Shown here: positions 26,510-34,238 of the stretch, in pieces
Position numbering within the stretch: the first letter of the stretch is position 1
Layout: the number at the start of each line of letters is the position of its first letter
Virus record (IMG/VR): IMGVR_UViG_3300037780_000036
Span: 1-37,943 of that record
Direction: 5' to 3' (one strand)
Length of the DNA stretch: 37,943 nt
Origin: a virus
Lineage: Duplodnaviria; Caudoviricetes
Notes under the pieces: generated by a model
The model's database searches: none
What the model was told of the DNA's origin: nothing
Seen by the model: the letters and a program-made list of their open reading frames with translations, nothing else
Program-made: the position numbers and the translations under genes

Positions 26510-26963
26510 CTTTTTTCTTTGCCTTCAATGCTTTAAGCTTTAGGCATAGTTCCGCTTTCCGCTCGGGTTGACCCCATAGGATCAAAGCGGCCTGCCCGTC
26601 AGCTTTAGCTTCGTATCCACGCGCTGCTGATTTAAGGCTCAGCCAGACCCGACCCCCGATCACGCTCGGGAAAGCGTCAACCCATATGCGCGCTTCTGGT
26701 GTGTCAGCACTGAGACCAGCACACCGGCCCGGAAAGTCCATTGCGCCCCGTAGGTCGCGCGGCAAAAGAGGCCCGAAGCATCCGAGGTATTTGGGAACCC
26801 CGGCTGAACCGCATCGCTTTGCTTTCAAAGCGTCAAAAGTCAGTGGGAAATGTCTTGAAGCCTGCCCGCCCGTGCGGTATATCTTCGTCAAGGGCGCGCT
26901 GCTTCCCACGGCGAGGCGTGCCCTTCAAGGCGGCGGTTGATGTTGTAAGCATCCCGCCGCCGC
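26510..26963 (-). ncRNA. Putative ~450-nt structured RNA (RNAII-like primer/origin transcript)
   Basis: Own promoter; many helices (cgctttg/caaagcg, ccgggg/cctcgg, cc-tacg-gg, ggtgtg/cacacc, gggttgac/gtcaaccc, gctga/tcagc); no convincing protein. Confidence 0.5.
26855..26883 (+). promoter_or_regulatory. Sigma70-like promoter for the antisense RNA
   Basis: TTGAAG-N17-TATATC. Confidence 0.65.
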
Positions 26964-26972
26964 TTTTCTTTC
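26890..26972 (+). ncRNA. ~80-nt counter-transcribed antisense RNA (two stem-loops and a U-tract)
   Basis: Hairpin aagggcgcgc/gcgtgccctt, then ggcggcgg/ccgccgcc followed by ttttcttt; begins ~6 nt after the -10 box. Confidence 0.65.
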
Positions 26973-26997
26973 TAAGCCATCTTAACGGATATTGCAA
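26969..26997 (-). promoter_or_regulatory. Sigma70-like promoter for the leftward structured RNA
   Basis: TTGCAA-N17-TAGAAA; same -10 hexamer as the early promoter at 33601. Confidence 0.65.
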
Positions 26998-27078
26998 GCC
27001 CGCCCGTGTCGCGGTATCGTTTCAGCGCGGCGCTTGCATCATGCCGCTTTCCTTTTCGGTTGCGCAAGGCCCCGGCGT

Positions 27079-27432
27079 TTACTCGTCGGGGCCGTTGCGC
27101 CTCTGGTCGCGGCGTTTCTGCTCTTGGCGAATAGAGTGCAGAATGGTGGTGTGATCGCGCCTTAAAGCTTGCGCAATCGCTGTAAGCGTCATGCCGCCAC
27201 GGTGGTGCAAAATCCACGCCAGACCCTGCCGGGCTTGCAAGGCGGGGCCGTCTCGGTAAGACCGGCCGCGCCCCGTGATATCGTTCCAACTTACGCCGCA
27301 CAGATCGCACCATTCCTGTGCCAAGCGAAGGTTGTCTCCGCGCAAACCAATAGAAATTTCTGCGGCTCTGCGCTTGTCGTCCTCGCTAAGCTGAGGAGTA
27401 TCGCGGGTTATGCTCGGGGCGCGGCGTTTCAT
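27079..27432 (-). CDS. DnaA domain IV-like HTH protein
   Basis: ARQ.LAWILH..GGMTLTAIAQALRRDHTTILHSIR matches the DnaA C-terminal signature RDHTTV.H. Confidence 0.88.
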   Translation of the reverse strand: MKRRAPSITRDTPQLSEDDKRRAAEISIGLRGDNLRLAQEWCDLCGVSWNDITGRGRSYRDGPALQARQGLAWILHHRGGMTLTAIAQALRRDHTTILHSIRQEQKRRDQRRNGPDE

Positions 27433-27436
27433 GGCG

Positions 27437-27895
27437 TCACCACGGCGCAAAAGGTATACTGTCCCCATCATCAAGCCCAGCGCCATATCCGCCCGCAGGT
27501 GCGCCCCCTTGCGGCTGATACCCGCCAGACTGGCCAGCATCGTCGCGCTTGCCGTCCAGCATCACCAATTCGCTGCGATAGGGGCGAAGCGCGATTTCCG
27601 TGCTGTAACGATCCGCGCCCGATTGATCCTGCCACTTGCGCGTCTCAAGCTGGCCCTCGATGTAAACCTTTGACCCCTTGCGCAGATATTGCTCTGCCAC
27701 GCGCGCAATAGCCTCGTTGAAGATCGAAACGCTATGCCATTCGGTGCGCTCTTTGTTTTCCCCCGTGGCCTTGTCTTTCCACCGCTCGGATGTGGCAACG
27801 CGAAGATTGCACACCTTGCCGCCGTTCGGGAAGGATCGAACCTCAGGATCGCGGCCTAGCGCGCCGATGATGATGACTTTATTGACGCTGTTCAT
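27437..27895 (-). CDS. ssb: Single-stranded DNA-binding protein
   Basis: [33 protein letters not shown], acidic DDGDSIPF tail. Confidence 0.97.
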   Translation of the reverse strand: MNSVNKVIIIGALGRDPEVRSFPNGGKVCNLRVATSERWKDKATGENKERTEWHSVSIFNEAIARVAEQYLRKGSKVYIEGQLETRKWQDQSGADRYSTEIALRPYRSELVMLDGKRDDAGQSGGYQPQGGAPAGGYGAGLDDGDSIPFAPW

Positions 27896-28281
27896 GAAAT
27901 GACCCCTCTCATGGGTATGAAGACGGCTTCAACCGCCGTTGTGATTTCGATTGCGACCGCACCGCCCGGCACAGGCTCGCCACGGCTAAGGCTTAAAGAC
28001 CATTGGCTATCGTCTACCCCGATAGCGTCGGATATGCCGTCCAGCCCGCTCTTGATACTGGCTAGCATGTTGTCTAGATCGCGTCTGCGCTTGTCGGGCG
28101 GATGAAAGCATATCCGCAAATGCACGCCTTCATTTGGCCGACACCATGCCAAATCCATCGCCTCGCGCGCCACCGCCCAAGCGGCCAATTTATACTTGGC
28201 CCGGATAGGTGCCACCGCCCGCCTATCTTTTCGCGCGTTTGGCGATAAGTCGCTGTGCGGCCAAGGGATGCTAACGATCAT
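27892..28281 (-). CDS. rusA: RusA-family Holliday junction resolvase
   Basis: [34 protein letters not shown]. Confidence 0.88.
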   Translation of the reverse strand: MIVSIPWPHSDLSPNARKDRRAVAPIRAKYKLAAWAVAREAMDLAWCRPNEGVHLRICFHPPDKRRRDLDNMLASIKSGLDGISDAIGVDDSQWSLSLSRGEPVPGGAVAIEITTAVEAVFIPMRGVIS

Positions 28282-28465
28282 TAGTCGGCCACCATTTCTT
28301 CAAAACGCCGCGCTCGCGCAGGTCAGATACATACAAGCGAACATCTTTTGCTTGGCATCGCATTTGAATGGCAATGTCCTCAATACCAAAGCCAGCTTTT
28401 AGTCGGTAATCAACCATTTCGCGCCAGCGAATAGACCGGACAGGATATGTTCGGCTAGGTATCAT
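28271..28465 (-). CDS. Small HTH-like protein
   Basis: GFGIEDIAIQM....DVR.YV..LRERGVL. Confidence 0.65.
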   Translation of the reverse strand: MIPSRTYPVRSIRWREMVDYRLKAGFGIEDIAIQMRCQAKDVRLYVSDLRERGVLKKWWPTNDR

Positions 28466-28715
28466 CAGAAAAGCGTCCCTTGCTCAGGCTTTGGTGGCGA
28501 AGAACGTATTGCAGCGCCTTTGCCTTGTCGCGGTTGTTCAGGTTCAGCCCGCGCCTCCACAGGGCGGATGTGCTCAAGCCATGCGCTTTCGACTTGGGCG
28601 CGGTGATCTCGACAAGCCCACGCGCGCCAGTGTTACTTGCGCTCGCGTCTCTGGCCGGGCGGGCCGAAAGCGAACGGGCCAAGCGCGCCGCATATCTTGC
28701 AAGGCCCCACATCAT
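28455..28715 (-). CDS. Hypothetical protein
   Basis: Coupled to the Cro-like gene by an ATGA overlap. Confidence 0.6.
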   Translation of the reverse strand: MMWGLARYAARLARSLSARPARDASASNTGARGLVEITAPKSKAHGLSTSALWRRGLNLNNRDKAKALQYVLRHQSLSKGRFSDDT

Positions 28716-28990
28716 CCTTCCCCGCCTCTGTGCGTGAAAATACCATGCGCAACGCGCGCGCGATGATCCGGCTTGTCAGTCAACAGATCGTCAACAGACA
28801 CCCGCAAGCCCTCTGCAATCCGCAGCGCCGTCCAGACACCTGGATTTGGGAATTTCCCGCTGCGCATCTCCGAAAACTGGCCTTTGTTCATGTTGCATCG
28901 CTTCGCCTGCTCGGCAAAAGTGACACCCAAGCCGCGCCACGCATCCGAATAGGCGCGCACGTTCGCGGCGAAAATTGGCGTAGGTTGCAT
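28712..28990 (-). CDS. XRE/Cro-like HTH regulator
   Basis: AGGAGA RBS; SEMRSGKFPNPGVWTALRIAEGLRVSVDDLL; no peptidase domain. Confidence 0.88.
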   Translation of the reverse strand: MQPTPIFAANVRAYSDAWRGLGVTFAEQAKRCNMNKGQFSEMRSGKFPNPGVWTALRIAEGLRVSVDDLLTDKPDHRARVAHGIFTHRGGEG

Positions 28991-29011
28991 TTGATCTCCT
29001 GTTTTTTGTTC

Positions 29012-29044
29012 TTGCATCTTGGAACGGTATGCGGCTATTGTCAA
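29012..29044. promoter_or_regulatory. Overlapping divergent promoters
   Basis: Plus: TTGCAT-N18-TATTGT; minus: TTGACA-N17-CAAGAT, interleaved within 33 bp. Confidence 0.7.
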
Positions 29045-29069
29045 CAGGCAAGCAACCGAAAGGCACGAC

Positions 29070-29717
29070 ATGACCGAGACAAAGCACGAAAGCATTGCCG
29101 CCGCGCTAGCCGCCGCGCAGGCTGAAATGGGCAAGGCCCTAAAGCAAGCGAACAACCCGCATTTCCGCAGCAAGTATGCCGATCTAGGCGCGGTGATGGA
29201 TGCTTGCTTGCCTGCGCTCAATCGCAACGGTATTGCCTTGATCCAGCCCACCATTGACGATGACGGCGGGCGATACGTCAAGACTGTGTTGCTGCACGCC
29301 AGTGGCGAAACGCTTGAGTGTCGCGTGCCGCTGATTGTGCAAAAAAACGACATGCAGGGATATGGCAGTGCCGTCACCTACGCGCGGCGCTATGGCCTTA
29401 TGTGCATGGCCGGCATTGCGCCCGAGGATGATGACGGAAACGCCGCCGCCAAGGCCGCGCCTAGCGATGATGTCACCGAACGCCCGCGCCAGCAAGCCAG
29501 ACAGCCCGACATGAAAGGCGCGGCAGATCACGCGCAGGCTGCGCTGGCTAACGCGGATAGCGTCGAGCAACTTGAGGCAATCTATCGAGACTTACCCGCA
29601 GGCGTGAAGGCGTTGCCGGAGGTAATCGGCACGGCAAAGAACCGCAAAGCCGAATTGCAGCCCAAACCTCAGCGCGCGCCAGATAGCGCCGATGCTGACG
29701 AAATCCCGCACCAGTAG
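29070..29717 (+). CDS. erf: ERF-family ssDNA annealing protein
   Basis: NPHFRSKYADL and GSAVTYARRYGL...GIAPEDDDGN motifs. Confidence 0.95.
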   Translation: MTETKHESIAAALAAAQAEMGKALKQANNPHFRSKYADLGAVMDACLPALNRNGIALIQPTIDDDGGRYVKTVLLHASGETLECRVPLIVQKNDMQGYGSAVTYARRYGLMCMAGIAPEDDDGNAAAKAAPSDDVTERPRQQARQPDMKGAADHAQAALANADSVEQLEAIYRDLPAGVKALPEVIGTAKNRKAELQPKPQRAPDSADADEIPHQ

Positions 29718-29725
29718 GACGCAAC

Positions 29726-30391
29726 ATGCAAAACACCGTTTTCCTTGATATTGAGACAATCCCCGCGCAATCATCCGACGCACGCGACCGCATCCGCGCC
29801 AGCGTAGCGCCGCCAGGCAACATTAAAAAGCCGGAAAGCATCGCGGCATGGTGGGATGAAAAGGGCGATGAGGCATTTGCGGATGCCGTGGCAAAGACCA
29901 GCTTCGACCCCGCTATGGGTCAAATCTGCACTATCGCATGGGCGGTTGACGATGGCGAAATTGACGTAGCGCACGCGCGCACGGCGGGCGAAGAAGGCAA
30001 CGTGATTCGGGCATTTTTCGGTTGCCTGCGCGACCATACGCGAAGCCAGTTCGTCGGCCATTACATCGGCGGGTTTGATCTGCGCTTCATTTTGTGCCGC
30101 GCCGTTGTTCTGGGCATTCGCATTCCGCAATGTATCCCGCGCGACCCGAAGCCTTGGGATGGCAAGATGTTTGACACCATGACAGCATGGGCCGGTTCGC
30201 GCGGGACAATTGGCCTAGATAACCTTTGCGCCGCTCTTGGCATTCCCGGAAAAGACGGAATGGACGGATCGCAGGTCGGGCAAGCTTGGGCCGATGGGCG
30301 GCATGAAGAAATCGCGGCATACTGCGCCGATGACGTGATGCGCGTGCGCGAAGTATGGCGCAAGTTTCAAGCCGCTGGATGGAACATTTAA
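29726..30391 (+). CDS. 3'-5' exonuclease (DEDDy, PolB-exonuclease-like)
   Basis: FLDIET, GH...FDLRF, DTM, YCADDV motifs. Confidence 0.9.
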   Translation: MQNTVFLDIETIPAQSSDARDRIRASVAPPGNIKKPESIAAWWDEKGDEAFADAVAKTSFDPAMGQICTIAWAVDDGEIDVAHARTAGEEGNVIRAFFGCLRDHTRSQFVGHYIGGFDLRFILCRAVVLGIRIPQCIPRDPKPWDGKMFDTMTAWAGSRGTIGLDNLCAALGIPGKDGMDGSQVGQAWADGRHEEIAAYCADDVMRVREVWRKFQAAGWNI

Positions 30392-30408
30392 CACAAGGAG
30401 ACGACGAC

Positions 30409-30657
30409 ATGACCGATGCAACCTACACCGTGACCGCCGAGGAACTGCGCCAATTCATTGAGCGGTATGAACACCTCGAAGCCGAGAAAAAGGACATCGC
30501 CGACCAACAGAAAGAGGTAATGGCCGAGGCGAAGGGGCGCGGGTATGACGTAACCGCCTTGCGCGCACTGATCGCGCTGCGCCGCAAGACGCCCGACGAA
30601 CTGGCGGAACAAGAGGCGGTGCTTGAGGTTTACAAGCAAGCGTTGGGGATGGTGTGA
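30409..30657 (+). CDS. gapR: GapR-like nucleoid-associated protein (DUF2312/UPF0335)
   Basis: ELRQFIERYEHLEAEKKDIADQQKEVMAEAKGRGYD...Y.QALGM. Confidence 0.93.
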   Translation: MTDATYTVTAEELRQFIERYEHLEAEKKDIADQQKEVMAEAKGRGYDVTALRALIALRRKTPDELAEQEAVLEVYKQALGMV

Positions 30658-31247
30658 TGGACAAAGAAATCAATTCCGAAAAAATTGCACAATTCATGCA
30701 ATTGGAATGTGACGCGATTATGGGACCTGATGGCGCTGGATACACCGAAGAACCTGTTTCTGTTTACATGCTTGCAATTCATCGCATTCGAAAACTTGAG
30801 GCCAAACTCGCCGCCGCCCGCGCGGAAGGCTACGCGCAGGGGGTGAGGGAAGCGGCGCACTTGATGCCTAAGCGCTTTGGCGTGTGGTCGCGCACAGGCT
30901 GTCATATAGGTGTCTGGGATGATCGCAAAATCGCCGCTAGTATTTTTTCACAGTATCCCGGCGGCGTAATGCGCGATTTGATTGACATGACCGACATCCT
31001 CGCCCTTCTCGACACCGACACGCCCACGCCCGACCTTTCGCCGCAAATTGTGACTTATACTAACTGGCGCGGCGAAACCGATATTCGCAAGATCATCCCG
31101 CAATCTGTTTGGCACGGATCGACGGAATGGCACCCAGAAAAGCAATGGTTTATCAGAGCGATTGACGCCGATAAGCAAGCGATCCGTGATTTTGCGCTTG
31201 CTGATTTTGGGAAAAACACGCCCGCGCCCCCGCTGCCCGATGCCTAG
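30654..31247 (+). CDS. Mosaic protein with linker repeats and a C-terminal WYL-like domain
   Basis: YTNWRGET..RKIIP...A.D.DKQAIRDFAL; shares repeats with 77-685. Confidence 0.75.
   Translation: MMDKEINSEKIAQFMQLECDAIMGPDGAGYTEEPVSVYMLAIHRIRKLEAKLAAARAEGYAQGVREAAHLMPKRFGVWSRTGCHIGVWDDRKIAASIFSQYPGGVMRDLIDMTDILALLDTDTPTPDLSPQIVTYTNWRGETDIRKIIPQSVWHGSTEWHPEKQWFIRAIDADKQAIRDFALADFGKNTPAPPLPDA
30795..30841 (+). repeat. 47-bp exact intragenic repeat, copy 2
   Basis: Identical to 326-372. Confidence 0.95.
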
Positions 31248-31680
31248 CCGCACGATCCGAACACCCGCGCAGCTAGACGCATGGATTGCGTTCTTGCGCG
31301 GGCGCAAGCTGCCTTTGACGGTTAGCGCCGTGCAAGGCGAAGCCCGTAGCTTGCCACAGAACCGCACTCAATTCCTATGGTTCGCAGAAATCGCTCGCCA
31401 GCTTGGCGACACAACGCCCGAAGAGGTGCGCGCCTATTGTAAGCTAACGATTGCCGTGCCGATCCTGCGTGCCGAAAACGAGGCTTTTCGCGAAGTGTAT
31501 GACCGCATCATTCGACCGCTACCCTATGAGGATAAACTCGCCTGCATGTCGCCGCCGATTGATATGCCGGTCACGTCGCAGATGACCAAAGCGCAGGCGA
31601 TGGCGTATCTTGACGCGATGCAACGGCACTGGGCTGAAAAGGGCGTGATCCTGACAAATCCCGATCCGGCGATGGCATGA
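31240..31680 (+). CDS. NinB/Orf-like recombination mediator
   Basis: RSLPQN...W..EIA.Q and TSQMTKAQ...YLD.......GV.L patterns. Confidence 0.8.
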   Translation: MPSRTIRTPAQLDAWIAFLRGRKLPLTVSAVQGEARSLPQNRTQFLWFAEIARQLGDTTPEEVRAYCKLTIAVPILRAENEAFREVYDRIIRPLPYEDKLACMSPPIDMPVTSQMTKAQAMAYLDAMQRHWAEKGVILTNPDPAMA

Positions 31681-32042
31681 AGCGCGCGCCGATCAAACGC
31701 AAGACGCGCCTAAAGCCCGTCAGCGCCAAGAAGCGGGCGCGCAAGTCTAGGGAAGCGTCAGAAGGTGCGCGGGAACATATGGCGCACGTTGCAGCCCTGC
31801 CCTGCCTTGTGTGCGGCGCTTGGCCGGTGGAGGTTCACCACGAGGGGACGCCTCGATCTGACTGGCGCGTGTTGCCCTTATGCGCGCGCCACCATAGACG
31901 CGAATACGGGCCGGGGGCGCGGCACTACAGCCCGAAGGCGTTTTTCGCGGCACACGGAACGGCCAGCGAGATGCTGGCACAGGTTGCCGAGATGATTGGA
32001 GAGACACATGACAAAAGGAAACGTAACAATGCAGACACCTGA
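31677..32042 (+). CDS. HNH-like nuclease (DUF968/Ref-like)
   Basis: Basic N-terminus; VAALPCLVCG...EVHH...LPLCARHHR. Confidence 0.8.
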   Translation: MKRAPIKRKTRLKPVSAKKRARKSREASEGAREHMAHVAALPCLVCGAWPVEVHHEGTPRSDWRVLPLCARHHRREYGPGARHYSPKAFFAAHGTASEMLAQVAEMIGETHDKRKRNNADT

Positions 32043-32232
32043 CGAACGACTGATCGAACGCATCCGCGCGGGCTTTGATCCTGACCTGACGGACGCGCAG
32101 CGCTTGGTGGCGCTGATCCGCAGCGGCGACCTACTGCACGTTGACGAGATAGGCGACCGGCTGCGCGCCATTGCGGCGGGCGGCGATGATCTGCCCGAGG
32201 GCGTGGCGCTCTTGGGGGAGGTGGTGCAATGA
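32029..32232 (+). CDS. Hypothetical protein
   Basis: AAGGA RBS; coupled to the next gene. Confidence 0.6.
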   Translation: MQTPDERLIERIRAGFDPDLTDAQRLVALIRSGDLLHVDEIGDRLRAIAAGGDDLPEGVALLGEVVQ

Positions 32233-32564
32233 CGGAAATTGTTAATTTTCACGGGGTTCCCGCGCCACGCCGCCGTCTTGCTAGAATGCTCAGGGAATTG
32301 GCGGAAATTATTGAAACTGACCAAGCGGAAACAGAACCGCACGGTATAATGATGTGCCTAATGGGCGCTCATCAATTTGAGGTTATTGGCATTGGAGAAA
32401 CGGAAGGATGGAGCGGCGCGCGATCTGCAATGACCGCAGTATTGTCTGCACGCTTTGATACAATTGGCGGAAACATTAGGACGCGAGATCATTTTTTATA
32501 TCAACCGCGCGGATCGGCCGATGTGGTCCCGTTAATTGTTGCAAGAAAGTCGGCAAACACATGA
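32229..32564 (+). CDS. Hypothetical protein (visibly more AT-rich)
   Basis: GGAGG RBS; ATGA overlaps on both sides. Confidence 0.7.
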   Translation: MTEIVNFHGVPAPRRRLARMLRELAEIIETDQAETEPHGIMMCLMGAHQFEVIGIGETEGWSGARSAMTAVLSARFDTIGGNIRTRDHFLYQPRGSADVVPLIVARKSANT

Positions 32565-33031
32565 CGCACGATGTAGCCCGCTGGCACGCGAACCCTATGC
32601 CCACCCTGCGCAACTCTGGCGATACCGTCAACGCCCACCAGCGCCGAGTTGCCAAGCTATGCCACGAACTCGCCGCGCGCGTGCGCCACCCGCTGCATGA
32701 CAGCGACTTGATACACGCGGCCTTGCACCACGACGAGGCGGAGAAGGTGCTAGGCGATATGCCCTATCCCGCCAAGGCGCGCTTTCCTGCGCTAGCAGCG
32801 GCGTATGCCAAGGCCGAGTTGCAGGTGCTAACGGAAATGGGCCTGACGTGGAACCTGCGCCGGATCGAAGCGGACATGCTGCACCTGTGCGATAGGCTAG
32901 ACGCTTACACATGGGCCACCAAGCGCGAAGCAGGCGGCGAAGAATGGGACATTGCACGCGCTGACCTTTATCGCATCGCCGCGAAAATCGGCCCGGCGGC
33001 GTCGGATTGGGTGCAGGAGAAGTTAATCTGA
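32561..33031 (+). CDS. HD-domain nucleotide phosphohydrolase (YfbR-like)
   Basis: RWH...TVNAH...ALHHDEAE..LGDMPYPAK...CDRLDA. Confidence 0.88.
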   Translation: MTHDVARWHANPMPTLRNSGDTVNAHQRRVAKLCHELAARVRHPLHDSDLIHAALHHDEAEKVLGDMPYPAKARFPALAAAYAKAELQVLTEMGLTWNLRRIEADMLHLCDRLDAYTWATKREAGGEEWDIARADLYRIAAKIGPAASDWVQEKLI

Positions 33032-33042
33032 CAGGAGGCGGC

Positions 33043-33246
33043 ATGAAACGCGCCATCAAAGAGGAACTCATGTGGCGGGGGATAACCCCGCCGCCAGAGG
33101 GCAGCAAGAAAACGACCTGCCCAGAGTGCAGTCACACGCGGGCGAAAAAGCACCGGCGCTGCCTTTCAATCAAGCTTGATCGCGGAATGATTTTTGTTCT
33201 GTGTTTTCACTGCGGCCACGAGGATTGCTTTCCGCAGCCGGATTAA
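33043..33246 (+). CDS. Stand-alone primase/helicase-type zinc-binding domain protein
   Basis: AGGAGG RBS; KTTCPECSHTRAKK...CLSI...CFHCG. Confidence 0.75.
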   Translation: MKRAIKEELMWRGITPPPEGSKKTTCPECSHTRAKKHRRCLSIKLDRGMIFVLCFHCGHEDCFPQPD

Positions 33247-33276
33247 AAAAAAGCCCCAGCGCCTTAGCGCCGGGGA
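33245..33276 (-). terminator. Rho-independent terminator between convergent genes
   Basis: Minus strand ccccggcgc-taag-gcgctgggg followed by a T run. Confidence 0.8.
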
Positions 33277-33329
33277 GTTTGATGTGTCACCTGAAGCACA
33301 GACACCTTAGCGGCTATCTGGCGGCGTGT

Positions 33330-33551
33330 CTAGCCCACCCACCCCCGCGCAGGAACAGCGCCATTGGTCGCGTCCTCGACCGCGAAGGCGTGCTTCAACT
33401 CGGGAACGTCGCGGCCTGTTTTCCATGAACTTACGCGGCCCTTGGATACGTTGATTGCGTCCGCCAACCGCTGCGCTGCGCCGCGCCCGTGCCGATCTAG
33501 GTATGCGTTTAGGTTTTCCTTGCTCATGTTTCGCCCTTTGTGTTTGCTCAT
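33330..33551 (-). CDS. Cro/YdaS-like HTH regulator (start 33551 or 33527)
   Basis: AQRLADAINVSKGRVSSWKTGR.VP...AFAVEDATNGAV. Confidence 0.88.
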   Translation of the reverse strand: MSKHKGRNMSKENLNAYLDRHGRGAAQRLADAINVSKGRVSSWKTGRDVPELKHAFAVEDATNGAVPARGWVG

Positions 33552-33556
33552 GCTTA

Positions 33557-33585
33557 CGAATAGGGGCGCGAAAAAGTTTTGTCAA
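33557..33585 (-). promoter_or_regulatory. Promoter for the Cro/YdaS-like gene
   Basis: TTGACA-N17-TATTCG. Confidence 0.65.
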
Positions 33586-33600
33586 GCCGCACGAAAGGTA

Positions 33601-33678
33601 TTGACTGGCGGAACAGGGCGGCGTAGAAAGGTTGCATGAAAACGGCGCAAGCCACAGAGGGAGACACACAGATGACCA
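33601..33678 (+). promoter_or_regulatory. Early promoter and conserved leader/RBS, copy A
   Basis: TTGACT-N17-TAGAAA; 27-bp ccacagagggagacacacagatgacca at 33652-33678 is identical to 36369-36395. Confidence 0.8.
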
Positions 33679-33833
33679 GCGAAGACACACTTGCCAAACG
33701 GCTCAAGGAAGAACTCGCAAAGCAACACTTGAATGCGGTTGCAGGTGTCCTTGATGCAAGGGCGCAGCAGTTGCGCGAAATGGCGAAAAGCCTTGAAAGG
33801 CAAGCTGAAACCATTCGCGCGAGCCTTGCCTGA
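33672..33833 (+). CDS. Small coiled-coil early protein
   Basis: Follows the conserved leader with a GAGGGAG RBS. Confidence 0.75.
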   Translation: MTSEDTLAKRLKEELAKQHLNAVAGVLDARAQQLREMAKSLERQAETIRASLA

Positions 33834-33886
33834 CCCCCGCCCAACCCCGGCCACGCGCCGGGGCAACACCGCCGAAAGGACAACAG

Positions 33887-34234
33887 ATGACAACGCTTTA
33901 CGAGCAATACAAACCCGCTTGGGATCGCATTGCGACCACGCGGCCAAATCTGGCGCGCATGGCAATGCACGTCGCCAGCAAACCGGAAATGGAACGCGCC
34001 CTTGGCTACGGCTCAAGCGTCGTCGTCAAATGGCTCTCGGGGCATAACACGCCGTCCCGCGAAAGCGATTTCCGCGCCGAAAAATGGCTTGCCGAACGCG
34101 CATCGCCTGCGCCGGTCGAGCAAGCCGCGCCCGCCAGCGCCGCGCTTTTGCTGGTCGCTTGCCCGTCGCCCGATGTTGCGGCAAAGGTCCAGCGCGTGCT
34201 TGCCATGCTTGGCTGCGAAGTGACGGAGGTGTGA
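33887..34234 (+). CDS. Hypothetical protein, possible HTH
   Basis: AAGGA RBS; MERALGYGSSVVVKWLSGHNTPS. Confidence 0.75.
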   Translation: MTTLYEQYKPAWDRIATTRPNLARMAMHVASKPEMERALGYGSSVVVKWLSGHNTPSRESDFRAEKWLAERASPAPVEQAAPASAALLLVACPSPDVAAKVQRVLAMLGCEVTEV

Positions 34235-34238
34235 GGCG

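Noticed and set aside
26457-26909. 150-aa ORF as a replication protein
   Set aside because: GTG start inside a hairpin, no RBS, no recognisable motif; better explained as structured RNA, though not fully excluded
26972-26986. CtrA binding site in the leftward promoter spacer
   Set aside because: CTAA-N6-TTAAC does not fit the TTAA-N7-TTAA consensus; at most a half site
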